Shown: positions 8,468 through 20,764, counted from the stretch's first letter. The stretch is DNA of 41,336 nt from Bdellovibrionota bacterium (GCA_040754655.1 JBFMCE010000028.1:1-41336), one strand, 5' to 3'. A program made the numbers and translations. Notes: generated from the sequence alone by a model not told the origin.

Positions 8468-10936
8468 TCAACCCGACATTAAGGGGAGCTCAACGGTGAA
8501 CTTCGCGCCCTCGCCCTTGGCGCTTTCAAGACGGATTCCGCCGTTATGGGCCTCAACAATCTGCTTCACGATGAATAGCCCAAGGCCCAAGCCCGCAATG
8601 CTTCGAGAGGTCGTTGCTCTTTCAAATCTCTCGAAGATCAAGGATTGCTTCTCTTTCGGGATGCCGGGGCCTGAATCTTTCACGATAATTTGCGCGCTCG
8701 AAGGCGAGCGGCGCACTGAAATTTCAATGGGTTTGCCGGCGGCGTACTTTAGGGCGTTCGTGAAGAGATTGACGGCGACCTGCTCGATCCTGTTGTGATC
8801 CCATCGGCCGATCACAGGTTCGTCGAGTTCAAGGGTCACCTGGCACTGAGCCGTGTCGAACTGATCTTGAAAACGTTCGTACAATTCTCGCACGAGCGCC
8901 GAAAGGTTCACTTCATCAAGTTCAAGGTTCAACTTACCGGCTTGAATTCTTGAGATGTCCAACATGTCGTCGACAAGGGTGGTGAGTCTCTCTACCTGTT
9001 TGCACGACATACTGAAAACACGTTCGAGCTTTTCAAGCGAAAGCGCTTCTTTGCCTCTCAAGCCAAGCTTTCTCTTTGTCATCTCAAGCTGCATCCTGAG
9101 GGACGTGATCGGAGTCTTGAGTTCGTGCGAGGCGATCGACAAGAATTCATCCCTGGCTTGGATGGAGGCCTGCGCTTTCTTGTAAAGGAGAGCGTTTTCC
9201 ACGGCCGTACCGGCGCGGTAGGCCAGCTCTTCCGCGACGCGCAGATCCGCTTCGGTGTATTGGCGGCCCGATTCCGCGGCGATCAAGGTGATCGCTCCCA
9301 GGGTCAAGTTCCTCGATTTTAAGGGAACCACCATGGCTGATTTCATCCCGAGTTCACGAAGGATCTTGAAGTGAGTTTCGTCAATCGCCGACGCCCGGAT
9401 CAGTTGCTCTGAGATTTCAGGGTAAATCTCGCTCTTTCCAGTGCGTATGACATTGCCCGATCCTCTTGGAGAATCCCAGTTCGGAGGGTACTTTTCTTGT
9501 ATTTGCCGCGCCCATTTTATCTTTTCCAACTCTTTATGAGCTACCGCTACTATTTGAGGCGCGGCTTTGCCTGTTTGTTTGACGGCAATGGTGCACCAAT
9601 CCGCCATGGACGGCACCACGAGCTTTGCGATGCTCTGTAAGGTCTCTTTGTATTCTAGCGACGAAGCCAACAGGGAGCCGGCATCCGCGAGCAATTGAAG
9701 CGAACGCTCAAAGGCTTTCCGATCGGTGAAGTCCCTGAAAATGCTGATGGCGAATTTAACTTCGCCGGACTCGTCAAAAACCGGAGCCGCATTCACAATC
9801 GACCAGCGTGTCTCTCCCGTCTTTTTTGCTCGAAACTTCACAATCGTCTCAGGAGGGCTTTTTGTCCCTTTCAACGCCAGCCTTCCGGGAAGTTTTTCGT
9901 GCGGGAAAGGATTGTCTTGTTCATCAAGGATCTCAAACGCATCCATGACTTCCCGTGTGGTCGCATTCAAAAAGTCGGTCACGCACCCGTAACCGCAAAG
10001 TTTCGCCGCAACCCGGTTTGCGTAAACGAACTTTCCGTTCGTATCCAACACCGTGATGCCGTCGGTGACGCCGTGAAGAATGACATCAAGTTCATTCTTT
10101 GACTGCCGAAGGTCGAGCAACAGCCTCTTGAGATCCTCTTCGCTTTCTCTTAGCTTGGCGGAGGTTCGTTGGTGGTCTTCGAGCTCCTTCTTCAACTTTT
10201 CGTTTGATTCCCTGAGTTCTCGTTCGACTTCATTTTGTTTTTTTTCAGCTCTCTTTCGTTTTTCCAGCTCAGTTCTCAACAGGTTGGATTGGTGTTCAAG
10301 GTCGGCAATGACCCTGAGTTGCTCATCGGTGGTGCCGACTTGAAGATAACGCTCAGTCGGGAGCACGTGAGAGTGCGATCCGCAAATCTCGTTGAATCCG
10401 TTTTGTCCGCCCCTGAAATTCTTCAATGAGTAACCGCACAGCAAAGAAAAGGCGTGCTTTCGCGCGAGGTCATTCCATAGTTTCTCCAACTGCAAAGTGG
10501 CTGCCGCATTTCCTTCGTTCCATAGGAGTTGGACCATTTCACCGTACGCCCTTATCGCCCCGAATTTGGTTTGCATCTGCTGAAGAAGAGCCCCGAACTT
10601 GTTTTCAAACCTCTCGGCATCGGCGCTGCCACGGACCATGAAACTCGACAAAGTGTGATGTGCGTCGAGAACGAGAAGCTGCCCTGCGGACCTGAGGCCT
10701 TCCGTATCGAATCCATCCCTCTCCAAACATTTGAGGAAGACGCTGTTGTGCTCTGGCGTTGCGATGACGATCGCAGACTCTTGATTGCTAAGACCACTGC
10801 CGATAAAGAACGCCACCGTATCCGCAAGAAAGTGCGGGTCTTCATAAAATTGCACAAAATGATTTTGTCTTTCGCGCGCTAGTTCGGTTTCTGCAAGTAG
10901 CTCGGTCCAGCGAGCGAGTATTCCTTTGGATGGCAT
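8468..10936 (-). CDS. Cytoplasmic histidine kinase (MEDS, coiled coil, PAS, GAF, HisKA, HATPase_c)
   Basis: HFVQFY, RAYGEMV, LLCGY; ADWCTI GAF; IASHELKTPI; NALKY, DSGPGI, GLGLGL. Confidence 0.9.
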   Translation of the reverse strand: MPSKGILARWTELLAETELARERQNHFVQFYEDPHFLADTVAFFIGSGLSNQESAIVIATPEHNSVFLKCLERDGFDTEGLRSAGQLLVLDAHHTLSSFMVRGSADAERFENKFGALLQQMQTKFGAIRAYGEMVQLLWNEGNAAATLQLEKLWNDLARKHAFSLLCGYSLKNFRGGQNGFNEICGSHSHVLPTERYLQVGTTDEQLRVIADLEHQSNLLRTELEKRKRAEKKQNEVERELRESNEKLKKELEDHQRTSAKLRESEEDLKRLLLDLRQSKNELDVILHGVTDGITVLDTNGKFVYANRVAAKLCGYGCVTDFLNATTREVMDAFEILDEQDNPFPHEKLPGRLALKGTKSPPETIVKFRAKKTGETRWSIVNAAPVFDESGEVKFAISIFRDFTDRKAFERSLQLLADAGSLLASSLEYKETLQSIAKLVVPSMADWCTIAVKQTGKAAPQIVAVAHKELEKIKWARQIQEKYPPNWDSPRGSGNVIRTGKSEIYPEISEQLIRASAIDETHFKILRELGMKSAMVVPLKSRNLTLGAITLIAAESGRQYTEADLRVAEELAYRAGTAVENALLYKKAQASIQARDEFLSIASHELKTPITSLRMQLEMTKRKLGLRGKEALSLEKLERVFSMSCKQVERLTTLVDDMLDISRIQAGKLNLELDEVNLSALVRELYERFQDQFDTAQCQVTLELDEPVIGRWDHNRIEQVAVNLFTNALKYAAGKPIEISVRRSPSSAQIIVKDSGPGIPKEKQSLIFERFERATTSRSIAGLGLGLFIVKQIVEAHNGGIRLESAKGEGAKFTVELPLMSG

Positions 10937-11132
10937 TTACCTGTCTCTGAAACGAGATCTTTAGCAAAATTGAACTTTCTTATCAAAGCCTCGCTCAAGA
11001 TCTTCAAATCTTCACAAAGCCTCAATAACTTGGCTTGCGGACGGGCAGGTCCCCGTCAACGGCGGCTGCCAAAGTCGCCTTGCATCTTTGACGGCTTATT
11101 GCTTAGATTATGGAGGCCTTAAGGGCCACGCC

Positions 11133-12095
11133 ATGAAGATCACCACGGTTTTACAAAAAAATGAAATCCAAGAGCTGACCCAAGCCTCAAACCTTCGCGG
11201 TTTTCAAGCGGTGGTCACCACTTGGGCGATGATTGCCGGCGCTTTTTGCATGGTTGCGATCTATCCAAGCCCTTTTATGGTTCTCGGCGCCCTTGTTATT
11301 CTTGGGGGGAGGCATCTTGCACTAGCCATCTTGATGCACGATTGCGCCCATTATTCGCTTTTCCGGACAAGGATCCTCAATGACATTCTCGGAAGATGGG
11401 TTTGCGCTTATCCGACTTGGCAGGATCTCAAGCGGTACCGGGTGCACCACATGGACCACCACAAGCATGCTGGAAGCGGGAAAGACCCTGACCTGAGTTT
11501 GATTAAATCGTTTCCTATCTCAAAGAGTTCATACGTTCGAAAGATCCTTCGCGACCTCTCTGGGATTTCAGGTTTGAAGAGGATCTATGGGCTTGTTCTT
11601 ATGGACCTTGGCTTGATCAAGTACACCGTGGCGGCTGATGTCCAGAGACTGGATCAAAAGGGTCGAACGGTGAAACAGGTCTTTCGGGAAGCGTTTGGCA
11701 ATTTGCACGGAGTAGTGATTACGAATGTCATTCTTTGGGGCGTGCTCTACAGCCTGGGCCACCCTTGGCTCTATTTGTTGTGGGTGGTTTCTTACCTCAC
11801 GACTTTTAGCGTCTTCGTTCGCATCCGCTCAATCGCCGAGCATGCGTACACTTTAGAAGGGCTTGATCCATTAAAGAATACCCGCACAACCTTGGCCAAT
11901 TTTCTTGCGCGCATTACGGTTGCTCCCCACCGTGTGAATTATCACCTTGAACATCATTTGTTGATGACAGTTCCGTACTTCAACCTGCCTCGACTGCATT
12001 CGGTCTTGAAAGAAAGAGGAGCATTGAAGGGGGCTTTCCTCTCGCAAGGGTATCTCGAGGTTTTGCAAGCCGCGGTCATAAATAAATCCAAATAA
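11133..12095 (+). CDS. Membrane fatty acid desaturase family protein
   Basis: Three His boxes HDCAH, HMDHH, HLEHH plus TM segments. Confidence 0.88.
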   Translation: MKITTVLQKNEIQELTQASNLRGFQAVVTTWAMIAGAFCMVAIYPSPFMVLGALVILGGRHLALAILMHDCAHYSLFRTRILNDILGRWVCAYPTWQDLKRYRVHHMDHHKHAGSGKDPDLSLIKSFPISKSSYVRKILRDLSGISGLKRIYGLVLMDLGLIKYTVAADVQRLDQKGRTVKQVFREAFGNLHGVVITNVILWGVLYSLGHPWLYLLWVVSYLTTFSVFVRIRSIAEHAYTLEGLDPLKNTRTTLANFLARITVAPHRVNYHLEHHLLMTVPYFNLPRLHSVLKERGALKGAFLSQGYLEVLQAAVINKSK

Positions 12096-12108
12096 ATCGT
12101 AGTTCAAG

Positions 12109-13335
12109 CTACCGAATGTTTAAGTTGAGTTTCAAGATTCGGTCTTTTTCAGCAGGACATGTCCCTCGACCGTCGCAGTTGCTGGTTGTGACGTACAAGA
12201 AACCGTCGGGTCCATTCACGACGTCGCGGAGCCTGCCAAAACCTCTTGGCGGATCGCCCTCAAGATAGACCTCATGCCCCGCGATTCGAACGGAGTCGGT
12301 TTGGGTTTCAAGGATGATGCGATGAAGGTGCTTTGATCCAAGCGTGGTGACGATCAGATTGCCTTGCCAGTCTGGGATGGCGTTCCCACGATAGAGCACC
12401 ATCGCACCGGGCGGGGTAGCTTGACTCCAGGTAAGCAATGGAGCCGTCATTTGCGAAGTCGCGTCGCAACGCCAGGTGTTTGGCCATCCTAAATTATCCC
12501 CGGCATTTGCAAGGTTGATCTCATCCGAGCCCCGGCGGCCGAATTCGCCTGTCGGACCATGATCTGCGACAAATAAAGTTTTTGAATTCAGCCAATCAAA
12601 CCCTTGGGTGTTTCTTAGGCCGGAAACGAAAGCCGGAGATCCGGAAGACGGATTGTCGCTAGGAATCCTTCCATCAGGAAGGAGGCGAAGAATTTTTCCT
12701 GCGCTGCTGTTGTTTTGCTGAGCCAGAGCAGGGGAGCTGGCATCGCCTGTGCCGATATAAAGCATTCCGTCGGGTCCAAACTTGAGACGGCCCCCGTTGT
12801 GGGTGGTATTGCCGGGAATGTCATCAAAGATCACCCGGTCAGCACTTGCGCTGCGACTATCTATAGAGAGGCTGTAGCGCTCGACGCGGTTCACAAGACC
12901 AGAGGCTTTTTGCAGCGTATAATAGAGGTAAAAGAACCGGTTTAAGTCAAAATCAGGATCGATCGTGATTCCCAGCAATCCGGCTTCGCCTGAGGCGTAC
13001 GCATTGATTTGCACAACAGGAGTCGGTTGAAGGGCATTTGACCGTATGATCCTGACTCGGCCCGGTCTTTCAGTAAATAAGAGATCTCGGTTGGGAAGAA
13101 AAGCCATGCCCCAGGGTACTTCAAGGCCGCTTGCGAGTGTTTCCACTTGAAGCGATGTTGTTCCTGTCGTTCCAAATCCTTGTTCGACAAATTCACAGCT
13201 TGCGCTTTCAAGGGCGCCTTGCCCGGCGCCGCCAATGCCACTTGGCAAACGACCGTCCCCGCAGGCGACTAAAGTTAAAAGATTGATGCGCAGCGCGAAA
13301 GTGGTCAGCCAAAAACATTTTTTCTGCATCATCAT
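12109..13335 (-). CDS. PQQ-dependent soluble sugar dehydrogenase (glucose/sorbosone DH family), lipoprotein
   Basis: GLEVPWGMAF, EAGLLG, HNGGRLKFGPDG, GLRNTQG, GRLRDV; lipobox LVAC. Confidence 0.9.
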   Translation of the reverse strand: MMMQKKCFWLTTFALRINLLTLVACGDGRLPSGIGGAGQGALESASCEFVEQGFGTTGTTSLQVETLASGLEVPWGMAFLPNRDLLFTERPGRVRIIRSNALQPTPVVQINAYASGEAGLLGITIDPDFDLNRFFYLYYTLQKASGLVNRVERYSLSIDSRSASADRVIFDDIPGNTTHNGGRLKFGPDGMLYIGTGDASSPALAQQNNSSAGKILRLLPDGRIPSDNPSSGSPAFVSGLRNTQGFDWLNSKTLFVADHGPTGEFGRRGSDEINLANAGDNLGWPNTWRCDATSQMTAPLLTWSQATPPGAMVLYRGNAIPDWQGNLIVTTLGSKHLHRIILETQTDSVRIAGHEVYLEGDPPRGFGRLRDVVNGPDGFLYVTTSNCDGRGTCPAEKDRILKLNLNIR

Positions 13336-13488
13336 GCACTCAGGGGTGCAAGGTCCATTCCCTTAAAAAAATCGCGCTATCGCGAGACCAAATCTGAAGT
13401 CACTCGTACCACTCTTTAAAGAACGTGATCCACCCCGGCAGATGAGGCCGGGTTTTCTTAGGTTCTCGATGACAAGGAGGTTTTTAGG

Positions 13489-14385
13489 GTGATTTTGTTG
13501 AATCGATTTCGATCTATAGCGATGGTCTTCGCTCTGGCCATGATGTTTGCCGCCTGTAGCGGAAACCGATCGACTGAAGGTTCTGGCGGCGGAGGCTCTG
13601 CCGAAGATTTGATCGCTGTGCTCCCAGACACGAGCCCGAGCGATCCTCAAAACCCTAATCCCGACACGCCGGATTCGCCTCCGACGACGAATGACCGTGA
13701 GTACACCACGGATGTCTTGCTCTTCAATGGCATTGGTATCTCGACGTCGGATTGGCAGACCACTGAGCAGATCATAAAGTCAGAAGGCTTAAGTTACCGG
13801 TTGGTCAATTCAAGCCAACTCAATGCCATGAGTTTAGATCAGATGACCAAGTTCGGGTTGATGGTCTTTCCGGGAGGATACGGCAATCAGATCACCAACG
13901 GCCTAAGTTCGGAAACGCGCATTCGCGTGCGCCAAGCAGTGCGAGAGCGTGGAGTGAGTTTCCTGGGAATTTGCGCCGGCGCCTGGGTAACAGTGGGGCC
14001 TGATCCCGGGGCAAAATCCGCTTCTTATGGCTTTGCAATCGTGACTGGAAGTATTTTGAAGCTGTTCCTGCCTGGCGGTCGTCAGCCCACGGCTGACATG
14101 GTGGATGTTTCGTTTGCTGATGGTTCAAAACGAAACTTGGTCTGGTGGGGTGGTCCGTACACGCCCGAGTGGACGGGCGGGGTCGTGGCTCGTTATGACA
14201 CGGGGCAACCTGCCATCTCACAGACGTGGGCCGGCAAAGGGTTCGTGATCGTGAGCGGTCCGCACCCCGAAGCGCCCCAATCTTGGCGAAATACCGCAGG
14301 TTATGATTCAGACGGGCTTGATTACGCGGTCGCGGCCGACTTGATCCAGGCCGCGCTCAAGCGCCAACCCTTGCCCACATTCTAA
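13489..14385 (+). CDS. Lipoprotein with class I glutamine-amidotransferase-like (BPL-N type) domain
   Basis: RBS AAGGAGG; lipobox FAAC; P/S/T/D linker; FPGG, FLGICAGA (Cys nucleophile), SGPHPE (His-Glu). Confidence 0.78.
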   Translation: MILLNRFRSIAMVFALAMMFAACSGNRSTEGSGGGGSAEDLIAVLPDTSPSDPQNPNPDTPDSPPTTNDREYTTDVLLFNGIGISTSDWQTTEQIIKSEGLSYRLVNSSQLNAMSLDQMTKFGLMVFPGGYGNQITNGLSSETRIRVRQAVRERGVSFLGICAGAWVTVGPDPGAKSASYGFAIVTGSILKLFLPGGRQPTADMVDVSFADGSKRNLVWWGGPYTPEWTGGVVARYDTGQPAISQTWAGKGFVIVSGPHPEAPQSWRNTAGYDSDGLDYAVAADLIQAALKRQPLPTF

Positions 14386-14406
14386 TTTCGTCCCCGCAAC
14401 CCCCAA

Positions 14407-14458
14407 AAAGGCGCGTTAGCCGCTGTAAAAAAGTGGTTAGCGCGCCTTTCGATTTTTC
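14407..14458 (+). terminator. Intrinsic terminator hairpin between convergent genes
   Basis: AAAGGCGCGTTAGCCGCT...AGTGGTTAGCGCGCCTTT, an 18-bp stem with 3 G-U pairs, followed by a T-rich tract. Confidence 0.6.
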
Positions 14459-14874
14459 TGGCAGAGAGCATCGATTGAGAATTTGCCCGCTCCGTTGAGT
14501 AGATAAAAGAGCGCGATCGCAAGATAAATGAGCGCCAATTCTTTTTTCTGGAAAGGATCCGCCGCGTGTTGAAAAAAAGCCGCGATCGCCATGGTAAAAG
14601 CAACGGATGCGGCGGCTGGGCGAGTGAGGAATCCCGCGGCGAGAAACAACCCTCCGAGGAACTCTGCTCCTGTGGCGCACCAAGCGAAAAAGTGCGGCGC
14701 TGGAAAACCTAAGTTCCCGACTGCTTCAATAAAACGATCAGCCGGAGGGATCTTTCCTAGCCCATGGCCAAAGGCCATCGTCAGGCCAACGGCAACTCGC
14801 AGGATCAGATCGCCCACGGCTTCAGAGGCTGTTTGTTTTGTTTTTGTTTGTCTCATCAAGAATCGAATCGGCAT
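14437..14874 (-). CDS. DoxX family membrane protein
   Basis: LILRVAVG...HGLGK...AEFLGG...GFLTRPAA...GAGKFSID; start may be 14856. Confidence 0.9.
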   Translation of the reverse strand: MPIRFLMRQTKTKQTASEAVGDLILRVAVGLTMAFGHGLGKIPPADRFIEAVGNLGFPAPHFFAWCATGAEFLGGLFLAAGFLTRPAAASVAFTMAIAAFFQHAADPFQKKELALIYLAIALFYLLNGAGKFSIDALCQKNRKAR

Positions 14875-15002
14875 ATAAACTTCTTAAACTACGATACAGG
14901 CTTGGTCTAGCCTCCTTTTTTTGGCGGCGGGGGAGTTGAGGCCTTTACAGAGCCAGGGAAATCATCAAAGCTTAGGGTTTTAAGGGCAGGAGGTTGCGGA
15001 AC

Positions 15003-15839
15003 GTGAGTGACTTTTCAACGTCGCGCGTGTTGGGTCGTAGCGGTCTGGTTTGCGGAAGGCTTGGGCTCGCAAGTTCTTATGGCGGATCGCCGCGGGGGTT
15101 CGAAGCAGCATTTGAGCAAGGGTGTAACTATTTTTATTGGGGCAGCATGCGTCGCAAGGGCATGGGCGATGCGATTAAAACGATTGCTTCGCGCAAGCGC
15201 GAAAAACTCACGGTTGTTTTGCAGACCTACTCGCGCGTAGCGCTGTTGACCGAATTGACTTTGAAGAAAGGACTGAGGGATCTCAAACTTGATTATGCCG
15301 ATGTCTTGCTTTTAGGTTGGTACAATAAAAAGCCCAGCGAAGGGTTTCTCGAGAAAATCTTGAAGCTCAAAGAAAAGGGCTTGTTTCGGAAGCTTGCGAT
15401 TTCGTGCCACGATCGCCCCACGTTTCGAGAATACATTTCTGATGCGCGGTTTGACTTGATCATGTTGCGTTACAACGCGGCCCACCGGGGGGCTGAACGC
15501 GAAGTGTTTCCTTTTCTCGATCAAACCACTTCAAAGCCAGGTGTTGTTTCGTATACAGCGACTCGTTGGAGCACGCTCATCGATCCAAAGCTCACCCCCA
15601 AGGGGCTGAAAACCCCTACGGCGGTTGATTGTTATCGGTTTGCTTTGAGCAATCCTCATGTTGATCTTTGTTTGACCGGCCCCGCGACCGATGCTCAGTT
15701 GGAAGACAATATGAAAGCTTTGCGACTAGGCCCGCTTTCGCCAGACGAGATGAGCTGGATCAAGGAAGTAGGGGACCACGTTCACAAGCTTACGAGCAAG
15801 AAAGTCTTCACCAATCCTTTCATGCAAAGACATGAGTGA
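15003..15839 (+). CDS. Aldo/keto reductase family protein
   Basis: LGRSGL, LKLDYAD, AISCH, RYNAAH, FALSNP; GTG 15003 follows AGGAGG. Confidence 0.85.
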   Translation: MSDFSTSRVLGRSGLVCGRLGLASSYGGSPRGFEAAFEQGCNYFYWGSMRRKGMGDAIKTIASRKREKLTVVLQTYSRVALLTELTLKKGLRDLKLDYADVLLLGWYNKKPSEGFLEKILKLKEKGLFRKLAISCHDRPTFREYISDARFDLIMLRYNAAHRGAEREVFPFLDQTTSKPGVVSYTATRWSTLIDPKLTPKGLKTPTAVDCYRFALSNPHVDLCLTGPATDAQLEDNMKALRLGPLSPDEMSWIKEVGDHVHKLTSKKVFTNPFMQRHE

Positions 15840-16708
15840 TGCCAAAAAATTCTAAACGCCCGCGCTCTGGCCGCCCCACGAGCCGCCATGCGCAAGGGCT
15901 GTATTACAACCGTTCGTTTGTGACCAAGAAGGAAAGGGCCGAAATCCTAGAGTGGCTTTCTACGATCCATCCGATTTGGGAAAAGCGATTTTCGAAAAAC
16001 AATCCTCCTCCAAGCGGTGAAAAGCAACGCATGCTCTTGCGGCCCGTGTATTGGCTGGGGAATTGGCAATTCGCTTGTTTGAACTACTATCATCCTCCAA
16101 AGGGTATCCACAATCGGTGCGTTCAGGCGGAGGATTTTCCCCCGGTACTTGCGAGGGTCGTCGCGCGGATCGAACAGATCGCAAGGCGGATGTTTGTGGG
16201 GAAAGACATGCCTGCGAAGTGGCATCTCAACACCTGTCTTTTGAACTTTTATGGGAGCCGCCTTGAAAACGGGAAGTGGATCGACACCGCGAGGGTGGGT
16301 GAACACAAAGACTTTGAACCTGGTCCCGTGGCTTCGCTTTCCTTGGGTGAACGCGCCATTTTTCAGTTCGTCGCCAGCGACAGGCCTGGGCAACGAAATG
16401 CGGTCGTGGCTCAGCAGTGGCTTGACGACGGTTCGCTCCAAATCTTCGGAGGATATCGCTGGAAGAGCCAGTATTTCCATCGGGTGCAAAGAGTTGATAA
16501 ACGAGAGGGCCACCGGTTCGCGTTGCATGTGAAAGACTTTGAAACCAGACGGCTGAATTTCACTTTTCGTTACGTTCCTGATGAACACATCGTCGCTTAT
16601 CGCGCGCTTCCCAAAACCGCCCAAGACGATACCCGCGAGTATGTCGAAGAACTGGCGCGGTACTCTGAGTTTTTCAGGAAAGTAGTGCTAGAGCGCACCG
16701 AGGCGTGA
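15836..16708 (+). CDS. AlkB-like 2OG-Fe(II) dioxygenase
   Basis: NTCLLNFY, HKD (HxD), VASLSLG, distal H, RLNFTFR; 4-nt overlap with the AKR stop. Confidence 0.85.
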   Translation: MMPKNSKRPRSGRPTSRHAQGLYYNRSFVTKKERAEILEWLSTIHPIWEKRFSKNNPPPSGEKQRMLLRPVYWLGNWQFACLNYYHPPKGIHNRCVQAEDFPPVLARVVARIEQIARRMFVGKDMPAKWHLNTCLLNFYGSRLENGKWIDTARVGEHKDFEPGPVASLSLGERAIFQFVASDRPGQRNAVVAQQWLDDGSLQIFGGYRWKSQYFHRVQRVDKREGHRFALHVKDFETRRLNFTFRYVPDEHIVAYRALPKTAQDDTREYVEELARYSEFFRKVVLERTEA

Positions 16709-16734
16709 GCTCTAGCACTTTCCACTGCCCGAAT

Positions 16735-17661
16735 TCACTTCGAAATTGAATAAGCTGAAACCTGGTTCTCCATCATCCGAGGCACTAAGAGAGTCTGCGT
16801 GCTCGGAACGAATCCGATGTCGGCTGATCCTTTAAAACCTTCGAGAAGCGTCTTGACCTGCCCTGACGCCGTGACGGTATAAACTTTGCCTGCAACCCAG
16901 TCCGATACAAGGAAGTCTCCTGAGGGAAGTTGTTCAAGACCGTCGAGATTGCCCAAAGGAGATTGGGTGATCTTAGTGACTTTCTTTGTTTTCAAGTCAA
17001 CGCTGAAGAGATCCCCAGGCTGTTTTGAAGACAGGTCCTTCTTTACGCCGGTTCCCCATCCGGCGACGATGAGTTTCCCGTTCGAAACCAAGAGTCCATT
17101 TGGGGATTCAAGGTTTGAGCCCTTTAAGAAGGTAGAAACCTTGCCGCGCTTGACCACATGGATGCGGCTCGTAAGGGTGTCTGAGACATACACTTCACCG
17201 GATGGTCCAACGGCAACGTCATTTAAGAACTTCGCGCCCTTGATACGAACTTTTCTTGTGATCTTGCCGCTATTCAAATCGATTGAGACAAGGCGATCAA
17301 TGTCCGATACCCATAACGTGTCTTGAAAAGCACGCAATCCTTTCGGAGCATGAAAGCCTGTCGCCCATTGCGCCTCCACGATATTTCCTGAAGCGTCTAG
17401 CTTTGAAATCCATCCTTTGCCGTCTTTTTCAAATGGGGAGCCTGCAACGTTTGATACATAAATATGACCGGTGCCCGAATCATAGAACGCGCTCTCAGGC
17501 GCCTGAACAGATTCGCTCGTATTCCAGAGTTGTTGCGCGGTTTCGAAAGTCGCAGAGGAGAGTTCCGTAGTAGACTTCTTTCCGGTCGAGCAGCCAGTGG
17601 CTGCCAAAAGGAATGTGCATGATGTCAATACGACAGCTCGTGCGAAAAATGAGGTTTTCAT
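16735..17661 (-). CDS. Beta-propeller lipoprotein (SMP-30/gluconolactonase-like)
   Basis: APES, APKG, FLNDV, SPNGL, NLDG, SADIG blades; lipobox ATGC. Confidence 0.82.
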   Translation of the reverse strand: MKTSFFARAVVLTSCTFLLAATGCSTGKKSTTELSSATFETAQQLWNTSESVQAPESAFYDSGTGHIYVSNVAGSPFEKDGKGWISKLDASGNIVEAQWATGFHAPKGLRAFQDTLWVSDIDRLVSIDLNSGKITRKVRIKGAKFLNDVAVGPSGEVYVSDTLTSRIHVVKRGKVSTFLKGSNLESPNGLLVSNGKLIVAGWGTGVKKDLSSKQPGDLFSVDLKTKKVTKITQSPLGNLDGLEQLPSGDFLVSDWVAGKVYTVTASGQVKTLLEGFKGSADIGFVPSTQTLLVPRMMENQVSAYSISK

Positions 17662-17848
17662 CGCGTAAAGTTCCTTTCATCAAAGATGAGCTATTGGATT
17701 TTCAATATGCCTAACACCGCATGCACGCTTCGTCTATGTTGCTCGGCCGCAGAAAGGGACTGGGCCATGCAGTTCGACTTGGATTTTAAAAAATGGATCG
17801 CCACAAGGTGGGCGGTCGGCACATAAACTGCAAGGTTTTGCCCACGCT

Positions 17849-18280
17849 ATGGCACAACTTAAATTAAAACCCGAAGAACTTGGAGTTTCATCGACAGAGA
17901 TAAGGGATCGGTACCCTCATTTTCGCGAAATGCTCACCCAAAGACAAACAGCAATCATTCAGGGAGCGAATCAGGGCCGTCAGCAGCTGACCCAACAGTT
18001 GCCCGAGGGGCCTGGCGACGTCGGAGATCTCTCGGTAATCGACTTGAATACGGATTATCTTTTGAACTTCGCCGATCGCGAGCGCAAAGAGCTTCTTGAG
18101 ATTCAAGATGCGCTTGCTCGAATGAGCCGGGGCGTGTACGGAATTTGTGAATCGTGCGGTACCGATGTCAATGTTGAGCGATTGGAAAAATTGCCTTACG
18201 CGCGTAATTGCATCGACTGCCAGGCCTCAAATGAAGCGCGATTCACCGATCCAAGGTTGCGAAGAGTTCCCAAACTCTAG
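17849..18280 (+). CDS. DksA/TraR family C4 zinc-finger protein
   Basis: Coiled coil with DVGDLS; YGICESCG...ERL...CIDC. Confidence 0.88.
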   Translation: MAQLKLKPEELGVSSTEIRDRYPHFREMLTQRQTAIIQGANQGRQQLTQQLPEGPGDVGDLSVIDLNTDYLLNFADRERKELLEIQDALARMSRGVYGICESCGTDVNVERLEKLPYARNCIDCQASNEARFTDPRLRRVPKL

Positions 18281-18375
18281 AAAAGCTCGTCGATATTTAT
18301 GTGACCGGGCCTGGAATAAGCCGTCAAACTGACATACATACAGTTTCGTGCAAGATTCACGAGGAGAAATGTCTT

Positions 18376-20388
<2,013 letters not shown>

Positions 20389-20485
20389 GAGGTGGAATCT
20401 TTCCGCCTCACCGAGAACGGCATCCACAAAGCGCCAGCGGCTGGCAGCGAGAGCCTTTAGGGCGTCAGAACCGCTCGGCGGGCAT

Positions 20486-20764
20486 TCAGCCCTCGTTTTC
20501 GGCTGAGGCCTTCTCCCATTTTTTTTGGCTCTTTTTCACGCCGCTTTTCAAGATTTTCTCGCGTATCTCTGTGACGTGCTGGGCTCTAGCCTCGCGTAAA
20601 AGCTCTTCAATCGCGAGAAGTTCGTCTTCGAGTTCCCAACGAGCTACGCTGTTGACGGCGATCTCTTCGTGGGTCTCTGGACGGCCCAAACTGTCATGTA
20701 CTTTGAGTTTGTGCTTTAGGGCTAAGGACCTTTGAAGAAGTTCAATTTTTGTCGCCTTTTCCAT
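20486..20764 (-). CDS. Small helical hypothetical protein
   Basis: Charged helical ORF filling the gap between hutU and the patatin gene. Confidence 0.6.
   Translation of the reverse strand: MEKATKIELLQRSLALKHKLKVHDSLGRPETHEEIAVNSVARWELEDELLAIEELLREARAQHVTEIREKILKSGVKKSQKKWEKASAENEG

Noticed and set aside
15947..16624. 225-aa antisense ORF and the many other overlapping short ORFs in the track
   Set aside because: They are shadows of well-supported genes and carry no recognisable motifs
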